From a virus (Duplodnaviria; Caudoviricetes): a stretch of DNA of 25,154 bases. The translations under genes and the position numbers were made by a program. Numbering within the stretch: position 1 is the stretch's first letter; each line of letters opens with the position of its first letter. This document shows, piece by piece, positions 16,028-24,645 of the stretch. The notes below the pieces were generated by a model. The model saw nothing but the letters and a program-made list of their open reading frames with translations, had not been told where the DNA came from and searched no databases. Where the stretch lies: the IMG/VR virus record IMGVR_UViG_3300048838_000571, positions 1-25,154 of that record; one strand, given 5' to 3'.

Positions 16028-17290
16028 ATGGCGCACGCCCTCTTCGGCGCCAGCGCCGCGCACCGCTGGCTGGCCTGCCCGGGCAGCCTGGCCCTCGCGG
16101 CCGCCTGCAGGGGTGTCGGCTCCCTCCCGCAGTCGCCCCATGCGGCGGAAGGAACCATTGCCCACCTGTTGTTCGAGTCGGCCATGCTCGGCACCCGCGA
16201 ACCTCGCGAGTGGCTCGGCGAAGAGCACGCATCCGACAACCACGTGATCAAGGTCGATTTCGAGCTGGTCTCGGCGGTCGAACAGGCGGCCCAATGGGCC
16301 CGCCGGCTGACCGAAGGGGCGCTTTCGGTTTCGGCCGAGACTCGGGTCTACTACGGCGACTGGCTCGGGGTCCCCGACGACGAGGCTTTCGGGACTGCAG
16401 ACCTGATCGCGATCGTCGGGGACGAGCTCCAGGTGCACGACTACAAGCACGGCCGGGGTGTGCCTGTCAAACCCGACAACAACCCCCAGCTGATGCTGTA
16501 CGCCGGCGGTGCGCTCCCGGCCGCCCAGGCGATCGCCGAGATCAGCCGGGTCCGACTGGTGATCCACCAGCCCCGGGTCAACGGCGGCCCGCTGGAGTGG
16601 ACGACAACTCCAGCAGAACTGGAGCAATGGCTGCACGGGGAAGCCCGCAGCGGGGCCGCCAGCGTGCGCAACGCTGTCACGCTGCTGAGAGGCGGGACAC
16701 CCGACTGGGACGACATCTTTCTGCGGACCGGCGACCACTGCCGCTGGTGCCAGGCCAAGGCAGTCTGCCCAACCCTGCGAGACGAGGTGGCGACCGATGT
16801 CTGGGGCGCCGGCCCGGCCGCTCCCGCCGAGTTTGACCTGCTCGGCGAGCCGGTCCGTGCTTCCCACTCCGACCAGGAGTGGGTAGCCAAGATCGTGCCG
16901 AAACTCGACCTGATCGAGAGCTGGTGCCGCGACGTGAGGGGGATGGCGCTGGTCTTCGCGGAGGAAGGGACACTGCCCGGCTACAAGATCGTCCAAGGGC
17001 GCCGCGGTGCAAGGGCGTGGGCCGATCCAACCGAGGCGGAGAAGCTGCTTCGGACGGTCTTCCGGCTGCCGATCGAGAAGGCCTACGACTTGAAGCTGAT
17101 CTCGCCTACCACCGCGGAGAAGCTGGCCGCGGCCGGCGACATCGGGGCCCGCCAGTGGAAGAAAGCGCAAGCACTTATCGTCCAGCCCGACGGCAAGCCC
17201 CACCTCGCACCAGTCTCAGACCCGCGCCCGGCACTCCGCGCGGCCACCACTGACTTCGACCCGGCGCCGGCCGCGGAAGACATCTGCTAA
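16028..17290 (+). CDS. DUF2800 family PD-(D/E)XK (Cas4-like) nuclease
   Basis: HALFGASAAHRWLACPGS, AAEGTIAH, FGTAD, HDYKHGRG, NPQLMLYA, IHQPR, HCRWC-x-AK-x-x-C and PGYKIVQGR. Confidence 0.92.
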   Translation: MAHALFGASAAHRWLACPGSLALAAACRGVGSLPQSPHAAEGTIAHLLFESAMLGTREPREWLGEEHASDNHVIKVDFELVSAVEQAAQWARRLTEGALSVSAETRVYYGDWLGVPDDEAFGTADLIAIVGDELQVHDYKHGRGVPVKPDNNPQLMLYAGGALPAAQAIAEISRVRLVIHQPRVNGGPLEWTTTPAELEQWLHGEARSGAASVRNAVTLLRGGTPDWDDIFLRTGDHCRWCQAKAVCPTLRDEVATDVWGAGPAAPAEFDLLGEPVRASHSDQEWVAKIVPKLDLIESWCRDVRGMALVFAEEGTLPGYKIVQGRRGARAWADPTEAEKLLRTVFRLPIEKAYDLKLISPTTAEKLAAAGDIGARQWKKAQALIVQPDGKPHLAPVSDPRPALRAATTDFDPAPAAEDIC

Positions 17291-17306
17291 CCACGAGCAC
17301 CACACC

Positions 17307-17906
17307 ATGACGCAACAGCTTTACATCACGAGCGCGCGCGTTTCCTTCGCGAACGGCCTGTTCGAGCCCGCCTCCGTCGAGCCGGGGCAGAAGGAAAAGT
17401 ACGGGGCCGACTTCATCTTGCAGCCGGACTCGAAGGTGTTCACCATCGCGGCCGACGGCAAGAGGGTTCCGACCACGCTGAATGACGCCCAGCTGAAGGT
17501 CGCCGACGAGGCCTGGAAAGGCAAGGGCGCCGCGATGCTGGCCGCGCTGGAACCCAGCAAGAAGGCAATCCGCAACGGCGACCTTCGGGTGAACAAGAAC
17601 GGCGATGTCTACGACGGCTACGCCGGCAACACCTACATCACGGCAAAGACCACGATCCGTCCCCTTGTGATCGACTCCGACAAGTCGCCCCTGACCCAGG
17701 CCGACGGCCGTGTCTACAGCGGCTGCTATGTCAACGTCCGGCTGGACCTGTACGCCAACACCGCACCCTCCAAGAAAGGGGTGTTTGCGGGGCTGAAGGG
17801 GGTCCAGTTCGTGAGGGACGGGGACGCCTTCGGCGGCGGGTCGCCGGCACGGGTCGACGAGTTCGACGAAGTGAGCGAGGGTGCCGAGGCCGACGACATC
17901 GCGTGA
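17307..17906 (+). CDS. DUF2815 family single-stranded DNA-binding protein
   Basis: ARVSFA, YSGCYVN, GVFAGLKGVQFVRDGDAFGGG and an acidic tail. Confidence 0.92.
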   Translation: MTQQLYITSARVSFANGLFEPASVEPGQKEKYGADFILQPDSKVFTIAADGKRVPTTLNDAQLKVADEAWKGKGAAMLAALEPSKKAIRNGDLRVNKNGDVYDGYAGNTYITAKTTIRPLVIDSDKSPLTQADGRVYSGCYVNVRLDLYANTAPSKKGVFAGLKGVQFVRDGDAFGGGSPARVDEFDEVSEGAEADDIA

Positions 17907-18053
17907 CCACCCTGGCGGGCCGGGGCCTCCTTGCCCTCGCCTGGCCCCACGAGGAACTAAGCCCGTCCACGCGGCAGCCGCCGGCCCGCATGCTTTTCTC
18001 CGCCGGCTGCGACGCGACCCCCTGCCGCCCCGGGGCAACGACGAAGGCAGACG

Positions 18054-20168
18054 ATGGACGGGAAAGGGGCCAACCTCTTGCAAACGACCCTCTGGCTCGA
18101 TACCGAAACGTACAGCGAGTGCGACCTGCCGACAGCAGGGCACTATGCCTACGCGGAGCACCCGAGCACTGAAATCATCGTCGTTCAGTGGGCAGTGGGC
18201 GACGAGAACCCGGTCGTGTTCGACTGCACCGAGCCTTTGCGCCCGCGCCCGCCGGCACTGATCAAGCTGCTGGAAGACCCTACGGTACTGGTCTACGCCC
18301 ACAACGCCCCGTTCGACCGTGCGGTGCTGCGGGAGTGCTGGGGGGTCGACATCCCACTGGAGCGGTGGCGGTGCAGCATGGTGCAGGCCCTCTCGCACGG
18401 GCTGCCCGGGGGTCTCGACAAGATCGGGGCCGCCCTCGGGGTCCCGGTCGACCACCTGAAGGACGACCGTGGCCGACGGCTGATTCAGCTATTCTGCAAA
18501 CCCCGCCCGAAGAACATGAAGGTTCGGCGGGCTACCCGCGAGACCAACCCGGCTGAGTGGGCCGAGTTCCTGGAATATAGCCGGCAGGACATCGTAGCGC
18601 TCCGCGCAATCGTAAAGCGGATGCCGACCTGGAACTTCCGCGAGCCCGATCAGGCCCTCTGGCGGCTCGACCAGCGGATGAACGACCGCGGTTTCGCGGT
18701 TGACCTCGACTTCGCGCGGGCCGCGGTCGAAGCAGCGAAGGCTGAGCAAGATCGGCTAGCCGCAGAAATGAGGGAAGCGACCGATGGGGCTTTGTCAGGC
18801 CCCAGCAAGCGCGACGGGTTGCTCTTCTACGTCCTGGCCGAGCACGGGGTCCCCCTCCCTGACATGCGTGCGGATACCCTCCGCCGGCGGGCGGAGGACC
18901 CCGAGCTCCCCGATGGCGTTCGAGTGCTGCTGAACCTGAGGCTGGAGTCGACGAAGACCAGTACCAGCAAGTACAAGCGGGTGCTGTCTGGCGCCTCCGG
19001 CGACGGCCGAATGCATGGTGGCACCCAGTTCCGGGGGGCCCACCGAACCGGCCGGTGGGCTGGCCGCGGGCTGCAACCACAGAACTTCCCCCGACCCACC
19101 CCAGGGCTGAAGAGGGCCGACATCGCGGCCGCGATCGAGGCGATCCGATGCGGGGCCGCCGGCCTCGTGCTTGACAACGTGATGCGGTGGCTGGCAGACG
19201 CTGTCCGGGGGGTGATCGTAGCGCCACCGGGCAAGAAGCTGGTTGTGGCCGACCTCTCGAACATCGAAGGCAGAGGTCTGGCTGAGCTTGCGGGGGAAGC
19301 CTGGAAACTGGACGCGTTTCGGGCGTTCGATGCCGGGGCGGGGCCGGACCTCTACAAGGTTGCCTACGGACGCGCCTTCGGCGTCCCAGCAGAAGGAGTA
19401 ACAAAAGACCAGCGCCAGATCGGCAAGGTCCAGGAGCTTGCCCTCGGCTACGAAGGCGGGGTCGGTGCGTTTCTGACCTTTGCGGCGGTCTACGGCATGG
19501 ACCTGGATGCGATGGCCGACGCCGTCTGGATGACTGCATCGACTGATGCCATCGCAGAAGCGGGCGAGACCCTGGCGTGGGCCAAGAGAAAACACCGCAG
19601 CACGTTCGGGCTGTCTGACAAGGCCTACATCGCATGCGAAGTGCTGAAAGCGTCCTGGCGGGCGGCCCACCCCGCCACCGTGGCTCTGTGGGCCCGGATG
19701 AAAGAAGCCTACAGGCAGGCGACACTGGTTCCCGGTGTCACTCTGGAAATTGGCGCAAAGCTGAAGATACGGCGGGACAAGAACTGGCTCAGGCTGAAGC
19801 TGCCGTCGGGCAGGTACCTCTGTTACATCGCGCCCCAGGTCCACGAAGACGGCTCGATCAGCTACCTGGGGGTCAACCAGTACACCCGCCAATGGGGCCG
19901 GATCAAGACCTACGGCGGGAAGCTGGCCGAGAACGCAACCCAGGCGTGGGCTTGCGACGTGATGGCGCACAACCTGCCGGCGCTTGAAGGTGCCGGTTAC
20001 CTTCCGGTCCTGACCGTCCACGACGAGGTGCTGGCCGAAACGCCAGACACCGACAACTACACCGCCGGGAGGATGGCCGAGCTGCTAGCCACCACACCCC
20101 CGTGGGGCAGGGGCTGCCCGCTCGCCGCCGCGGGGTTCGAGGCCCACCGGTACGGCAAGGAAGATTGA
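18054..20168 (+). CDS. polA: Family A DNA polymerase with 3'-5' exonuclease (true start may be TTG at 18078)
   Basis: Exo LDTETYS and AHNAPFDR; HRTGRWAG, QPQNFPR, motif A ADLSNIEGR, motif B RQIGKVQELALGY, motif C LTVHDE. Confidence 0.96.
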   Translation: MDGKGANLLQTTLWLDTETYSECDLPTAGHYAYAEHPSTEIIVVQWAVGDENPVVFDCTEPLRPRPPALIKLLEDPTVLVYAHNAPFDRAVLRECWGVDIPLERWRCSMVQALSHGLPGGLDKIGAALGVPVDHLKDDRGRRLIQLFCKPRPKNMKVRRATRETNPAEWAEFLEYSRQDIVALRAIVKRMPTWNFREPDQALWRLDQRMNDRGFAVDLDFARAAVEAAKAEQDRLAAEMREATDGALSGPSKRDGLLFYVLAEHGVPLPDMRADTLRRRAEDPELPDGVRVLLNLRLESTKTSTSKYKRVLSGASGDGRMHGGTQFRGAHRTGRWAGRGLQPQNFPRPTPGLKRADIAAAIEAIRCGAAGLVLDNVMRWLADAVRGVIVAPPGKKLVVADLSNIEGRGLAELAGEAWKLDAFRAFDAGAGPDLYKVAYGRAFGVPAEGVTKDQRQIGKVQELALGYEGGVGAFLTFAAVYGMDLDAMADAVWMTASTDAIAEAGETLAWAKRKHRSTFGLSDKAYIACEVLKASWRAAHPATVALWARMKEAYRQATLVPGVTLEIGAKLKIRRDKNWLRLKLPSGRYLCYIAPQVHEDGSISYLGVNQYTRQWGRIKTYGGKLAENATQAWACDVMAHNLPALEGAGYLPVLTVHDEVLAETPDTDNYTAGRMAELLATTPPWGRGCPLAAAGFEAHRYGKED

Positions 20169-20169
20169 C

Positions 20170-20439
20170 ATGCTGGAAAGCACGATCGAACAGTATCTTG
20201 TCCGGCAGGTCCGGGCCAGGGGCGGCGATGCCCGCAAAGTACACTGGATCGGCCGCAGAGGCGCCCCGGACAGAATGGTGCTGCGGAAGTACCGGGTGCC
20301 TTGTTTCGTCGAACTGAAGGCCCCTGGGCAGCAGCTACGGCCAGACCAGGCACGCGAGATCGCACTCCTTCGGTCATACGGGGTCGAAGTGCACGTGATC
20401 GACTCCCTCGAAGGGGTAGACGCCCTGCTGTCGTCATGA
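20170..20439 (+). CDS. VRR-NUC domain nuclease
   Basis: E-x-x-IE...GAPDR...FVELKAPG...LRPDQ. Confidence 0.92.
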   Translation: MLESTIEQYLVRQVRARGGDARKVHWIGRRGAPDRMVLRKYRVPCFVELKAPGQQLRPDQAREIALLRSYGVEVHVIDSLEGVDALLSS

Positions 20440-21806
20440 AGTTCTACCACCCCCACGACTATCAGCGGGCGATCACCTCCTGGATCGTCGACCACGACCG
20501 CTGCAACGTGTGTTCGGGGATGGGCACCGGCAAGACAGGCGCGACTCTCGCAGCGCTGCAGGCGCTCAACATGGTTGCGAACCCGTTCCCTGCGTTGGTG
20601 CTGGCCCCGCTCCGGGTCGCACGGACAACCTGGCCGGGAGAGTGCCGGAAGTGGGCAACCTTCAACCAGTTGACGCTGCTCGACTGGTCTGGCTCATCCC
20701 GGTTCCCGACAGGGACCCCGGACATCGTGGCTGTGAACTACGACAACGTGGCCGCCCTCGTCGCCCAGCGGCCGGACTGGCCCTGGCGAACGGTCATCGC
20801 GGACGAATCCACCAGGCTGAAGTCGTTCCGGCTGAAGCAAGGTGGCAAGCGCGCAAGTGCGCTCGGGAAGGTCGCCCACAAGCACACCCGCCGGTGGGTC
20901 AACCTGACCGGCACCCCTGCCCCGAACGGGCTGATCGACCTCTGGGGGCAGCAATGGTTTGTCGACGCCGGCCAAAGGCTCGGTCGCAGTTTCGACGCTT
21001 TCGAGCGACGATGGTTTGCCTGGCGCCGGCATGACGACGACAACCCATACGCGAGGACCCGGTTCCTGCTGCCGGGGGCGGCGGAGCAGATCTACCAGAA
21101 GTTGTCGGACTGCACAATCACGGTCCGGGCCGAGGATTTCATGGATCTCCCGCCCCTGGTCGAGAACGTCGTGCCGGTCGAGCTCCCGCCGAAAGCGCGG
21201 AAGCACTACCGCGAGCTGGAGAGGGAGCTGTTCACGCAGCTAGAAGGCCACGAGATCATGGCCGCGAACGCTGCAGCGAAGACGATGAAGTGCCTACAGG
21301 CCGCGAACGGGGCGCTCTACATCAACCCGGAAGGCGATTGGAAAGGGCTTCATGACGAGAAGATCGAGGCCCTCGGGTCGATTCTGGAAGAGGCCGCCGG
21401 CGCCCCGGTCCTGGTGGCCTACCATTTCAAGAGCGACCTGGAACGAATCCAGCGGGCGTTCCCTTTCGCTCGGACCTTGGGTGCTGACGGTACTGCGATC
21501 GAAGAGTGGAACGCCGGGCGAATACCTCTCCTGCTGGTACATCCTGCTTCGGCGGGGCATGGTCTCAACCTACAGGATGGCGGCAACATCCTCGCGTTCT
21601 TCGGGCTCTGGTGGGACCTCGAACAGCACCAGCAAGTGATCGAGCGGATCGGGCCCACAAGGCAGCTCCAGTCCGGCCGCAGGAGAAGCACCTACGTGCA
21701 CTACATCGTGGCCGAGGGCACCGTCGACGAGATCGTGCTCAAGCGGCTAAAGACCAAGAAGGCGGTCCAGGACCTGCTACTCGAAGCAATGAAGGAGAAC
21801 CAATGA
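20436..21806 (+). CDS. SNF2/DEAD-like superfamily 2 helicase
   Basis: ATG at 20436 (ATGA overlap); PHDYQ, MGTGKT, IADES, LTGTP and HPASAGHGLNLQ. Confidence 0.93.
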   Translation: MKFYHPHDYQRAITSWIVDHDRCNVCSGMGTGKTGATLAALQALNMVANPFPALVLAPLRVARTTWPGECRKWATFNQLTLLDWSGSSRFPTGTPDIVAVNYDNVAALVAQRPDWPWRTVIADESTRLKSFRLKQGGKRASALGKVAHKHTRRWVNLTGTPAPNGLIDLWGQQWFVDAGQRLGRSFDAFERRWFAWRRHDDDNPYARTRFLLPGAAEQIYQKLSDCTITVRAEDFMDLPPLVENVVPVELPPKARKHYRELERELFTQLEGHEIMAANAAAKTMKCLQAANGALYINPEGDWKGLHDEKIEALGSILEEAAGAPVLVAYHFKSDLERIQRAFPFARTLGADGTAIEEWNAGRIPLLLVHPASAGHGLNLQDGGNILAFFGLWWDLEQHQQVIERIGPTRQLQSGRRRSTYVHYIVAEGTVDEIVLKRLKTKKAVQDLLLEAMKENQ

Positions 21807-22282
21807 ACAACCTGTCGGCCCAGCAGCGCCGGGTCGTGGATCTTGTCGCCGCCAGCGGCAGCGAAGGGATGTCGAAGGCGGAACTGTGCCTCGCCTTGAA
21901 CGTCTACATCGGGACGCTGGAAACCTATCTCGCGGGGCTGGTGCCTGGCCGCCTGGCGGTGAACGACCCACGACCCGGCGGCAAGCGGCAAACACGGCGG
22001 TACTACCAGCCCGGGTGCGAGCCTTCACCGCAACCGAAAGCAAAGGCAAAGGCAAAGGCGAAGAAGCCGGCGCCCGTCTTTGCCCGCGTGCGGACGACGA
22101 CAATCCGCGACCTTCAGAAATCGATCACCCGTGACGAACCCGTGATCGTGCCGCCGCACGTCAAGCCAGTGACGAAGCAGAACTACATCGGCGATACCCG
22201 CTACCTGGTAACGGATGCGCCGCGCGTCATCGATGCGCGTGACTGCCGGCCATGGGCAGTGGCTGCGGCGCGGGCGGCCTGA
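21803..22282 (+). CDS. Hypothetical protein with probable N-terminal winged-helix domain (159 aa)
   Basis: ATG at 21803 after AAGGAG; LSAQQRRVVDLV...GMSKAELCLALNV...TLETYL. Confidence 0.65.
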   Translation: MNNLSAQQRRVVDLVAASGSEGMSKAELCLALNVYIGTLETYLAGLVPGRLAVNDPRPGGKRQTRRYYQPGCEPSPQPKAKAKAKAKKPAPVFARVRTTTIRDLQKSITRDEPVIVPPHVKPVTKQNYIGDTRYLVTDAPRVIDARDCRPWAVAAARAA

Positions 22283-22348
22283 CGCAGAAAAGAAAACCCA
22301 GGGGGCAAGGATGAGTGACACGCCAACACGGCGCCTGAAGGACGAGGC

Positions 22349-22519
22349 ATGACCACCCTACTCGACGCAGCACGGCAGGCGCTGGCAGCTTTGGAGTACA
22401 TGTACCACACCGCCGACCCCGGGCCTGCCCGGGACGTTTCGATGGAGGCGCTCGACGCGCTGCGCACCGCCATCGCGGAGGCGGAGCGAGCGCATGGAAT
22501 CGGAGACAGCAATGAGTGA
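22349..22519 (+). CDS. Small hypothetical protein (56 aa)
   Basis: Below the track cut-off; MTTLLDAARQALAALE...ALDALRTAIAEAERAHGIGDSNE. Confidence 0.65.
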   Translation: MTTLLDAARQALAALEYMYHTADPGPARDVSMEALDALRTAIAEAERAHGIGDSNE

Positions 22520-22841
22520 CCTTGTGAAACTCGCCCGCCAGCGCATTGACAACGACCAGCGCACACACTGGGATGGCTGCGAACGCAGCCATCGTGAGTG
22601 CCTGATCCAGCGTATGGCAGACGAGATCGAGCGGCTACGCGCTACGCTTGAGCGCCAGCAGATCAGCTATGAGCGTGAACGACAACTCGATCAGGAGGAG
22701 ACCGAGCGTCTACGCGCACAGATCGCCGATGCTGAGGTCCTCGCAGAGTACGGCCGCGATGACGGCCTGCGCGACCGGGTGTACGTGGGCGCATGGCTCT
22801 CCCCGGGCGACCGCATCGTTGTGCGGCACCGCGAGAAGTGA
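22512..22841 (+). CDS. Hypothetical protein with coiled coil (109 aa)
   Basis: ATG at 22512 after GGAG; THWDGC...HRECLI...ADEIERLR. Confidence 0.7.
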   Translation: MSDLVKLARQRIDNDQRTHWDGCERSHRECLIQRMADEIERLRATLERQQISYERERQLDQEETERLRAQIADAEVLAEYGRDDGLRDRVYVGAWLSPGDRIVVRHREK

Positions 22842-22858
22842 CGGATTAGCGGTGAGGA

Positions 22859-23089
22859 ATGAAAATGGACAAAGACACCACACCACTTACCTTCGGTAAA
22901 TACAAGGGCAAGACACCGCAAGAAGTTGCGGAGATCGACGGAAGCTACGTCATTTGGATGTTCGAGAACGTGACTCCAACTCCGTGCAGCAAAGAACTTG
23001 CGGAATCTTGTGAGGCTGACGAGCGAGAAGACGATGAAGAATGGGCCGCTGGTGCGCAGTACGGTATCGACGGATGGGATAACTGGTGA
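22859..23089 (+). CDS. DUF3820-like small protein (FGKYKG motif) with acidic tail
   Basis: LTFGKYKGKT...SYVIW pattern. Confidence 0.75.
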   Translation: MKMDKDTTPLTFGKYKGKTPQEVAEIDGSYVIWMFENVTPTPCSKELAESCEADEREDDEEWAAGAQYGIDGWDNW

Positions 23090-23143
23090 CGCTGGCGGTA
23101 CCCGGCGTAATGACGGGTTATCCGTCGTAACAGGAGCGAGCGA

Positions 23144-23491
23144 ATGGTGAAACTGACAGGCAGCGAGTGGAATCGCTTTTACAACGACGCGGGGGCTTGG
23201 CCGGATGGCGCATGGCACGAAGACGAGGAAATCACCGTGGACGGCAAAACGGCCGGTGATGACCTCGACCTTTCGGCCGTGCCGGATGGGGCAATGCTGA
23301 CCGTGGAGGGTGGTGTGGTGTACCTGACCGAAGACGCGGACTACGGCCCGTCTCTGGAAGCGCACTTCAAGCGTTGGCGCAAGCGGCAGACGACAACCGT
23401 GCTTGTCGTGGAAGTGCCGCACGAAGCCGTCAAAGTCGTGCGCGCTGCGATTGCTGCTGCTGGCGGCAAGGTAATTCGAGACAAGGAATGA
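23144..23491 (+). CDS. Hypothetical acidic protein (115 aa)
   Basis: RBS AGGAG; ATGA coupling downstream. Confidence 0.75.
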   Translation: MVKLTGSEWNRFYNDAGAWPDGAWHEDEEITVDGKTAGDDLDLSAVPDGAMLTVEGGVVYLTEDADYGPSLEAHFKRWRKRQTTTVLVVEVPHEAVKVVRAAIAAAGGKVIRDKE

Positions 23492-23796
23492 CCGCTGCAG
23501 AAACTATGCGAGTTGCTCTGCTGGCGCTGGAAGACGCCGCGAGCGTGCTAGGCACTTCCTGGGCTGACTCTGTGGCGCACAAGCCGATTGCTGCGCTACG
23601 GGCGGCGCTTGATGCTACTGACGACGACGTTGATGTGCTTGCCTCGTACAGCCGAACCGATGGCCGGCGCGAGTGGGTCAATGTCGGGACATGGCTGCGG
23701 CCTGGCGAGGTGGTGGCGCGCATGGCAGACCCGCGGCCTAACGTTCGAGCTAAGCGGGGCCAAACGGCGCCGCACAACCAAGGAGAAACGCAATGA
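23488..23796 (+). CDS. Hypothetical protein (102 aa) whose C-terminus reads into attC1
   Basis: ATG at 23488; the last residues (PNVRAKRGQTAPHNQGETQ) are encoded by the attC left arm and loop. Confidence 0.7.
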   Translation: MTAAETMRVALLALEDAASVLGTSWADSVAHKPIAALRAALDATDDDVDVLASYSRTDGRREWVNVGTWLRPGEVVARMADPRPNVRAKRGQTAPHNQGETQ

Positions 23797-23838
23797 ACTC
23801 ACCCGCCGTTTGGACTCCGCTTGAGCGAGGGGTTAGGC
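23736..23838 (-). mobile_element. attC: Integron attC-type site 1 (103 bp); the plus strand is the attC bottom strand
   Basis: GCCTAAC-6nt-GCTAAGC-GGGGCCAAACGGCG...CGCCGTTTGGACTCC-GCTTGAGC-5nt-GTTAGGC, with an extra G in the 8-nt L box. Confidence 0.88.
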
Positions 23839-24098
23839 GCCTGCTCGCATGGTGGCGAGCCGCTGGCCCCGACATGGCGACGCCGAGCGGAGGCTACGAA
23901 GCCGAGCCCGAAGAAGACCGCATCGAGGCCGCGTACTGGCGATTCGACGCGCGGCACAAGGGCTACGGCAAGTGGAAGGCCGCGCCGATGAGTGAGCGCG
24001 ACGCCTTCAAGGCCGAGATGCGCAACGCGCTGGCCGCCGAGAAAACGCGGGCACAGATGCGGCTGGTGGCGCATGGCTGGCGTCGCCCTGGCGCCTAA
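23793..24098 (+). CDS. Cassette A gene, hypothetical protein (101 aa)
   Basis: RBS AAGGAG and ATG lie within the attC1 loop; the stop TAA is part of the next GCCTAAC. Confidence 0.75.
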   Translation: MNSPAVWTPLERGVRRLLAWWRAAGPDMATPSGGYEAEPEEDRIEAAYWRFDARHKGYGKWKAAPMSERDAFKAEMRNALAAEKTRAQMRLVAHGWRRPGA

Positions 24099-24148
24099 CA
24101 CCTGAAATCACGCGCGCCGAAGGCGTCGCGTGCATTGAATAGTTATGC
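24093..24148 (-). mobile_element. attC: Integron attC-type site 2 (56 bp)
   Basis: GCCTAAC-ACCTGA-AATCACG-CG-CGCC-GAA-GGCG-T-CG-CGTGCATT-GAATA-GTTATGC; two extrahelical bases in the right arm. Confidence 0.88.
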
Positions 24149-24173
24149 GGCTCTGGCCGCGACGGAGAGGAAG

Positions 24174-24602
24174 ATGAGTAACGAGAAAACACCTGTTGCA
24201 TACCTGCACCAAGTTGTCTGCGGAGACGGCGAGCCAGACCAAGCGTTGTCGTTCGAGCCGGACAATTTCCCGCTTTCCGGAGTGCTCGGATACAGGTCGT
24301 TGTCGCATGAGCCGCTATTTCGTGCGGAACCGAGCAACGAGCTGGAGCGCCTGCGAACTGAACTCGGTCGCGCCTACCGAGCACTGCACGCATTTGCATT
24401 CGCCTACCGCCATGGCAAGTTTCTAAACGAAACCGCCGTCATGTATCACTCGCCGACCATCGGCGCAGCGGCGCGGTTCGTACATGGTGGCGCGCTCGAT
24501 GGCTCCGAATACTTCATCGGAAAGCCGGTCGACGTTCTGCATGCGGCCCTGCGCGGCGAACAGCCAAAGCCGCATAACGCCCGAGTTCAGCCGCTGCCGT
24601 AG
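24174..24602 (+). CDS. Cassette B gene, hypothetical protein (142 aa)
   Basis: ATG at 24174 after GGAGAGG; PVAYL...EPLF and ELERLR motifs; stops inside the attC3 loop. Confidence 0.75.
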   Translation: MSNEKTPVAYLHQVVCGDGEPDQALSFEPDNFPLSGVLGYRSLSHEPLFRAEPSNELERLRTELGRAYRALHAFAFAYRHGKFLNETAVMYHSPTIGAAARFVHGGALDGSEYFIGKPVDVLHAALRGEQPKPHNARVQPLP

Positions 24603-24629
24603 GCAGTCGGCTGGAACGAAGTGTTAGGC
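24572..24629 (-). mobile_element. attC: Integron attC-type site 3 (58 bp)
   Basis: GCATAAC-GCCCGA-GTTCAGC-CG-CTGCC-GTA-GGCAG-T-CG-GCTGGAAC-GAAGT-GTTAGGC; canonical extrahelical G and T. Confidence 0.92.
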
Positions 24630-24645
24630 ATCAACTGGAGAAGCG

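Noticed and set aside
16028-17290. Cas4 as part of a CRISPR-Cas system
   Set aside because: The DUF2800-SSB-PolA-VRR-NUC-SNF2 context is a standard phage replication module.
17960-18062. tRNA gene
   Set aside because: Multi-stem but lacks T-loop and D-loop consensus and cloverleaf spacing.
22840-23131. Additional degenerate attC around GACGG-GTTAT-CCGTC-GTAAC and GACGGAT
   Set aside because: Only a 5-bp stem; GTT and AAC are in the wrong order and there are no L boxes or correct spacers.
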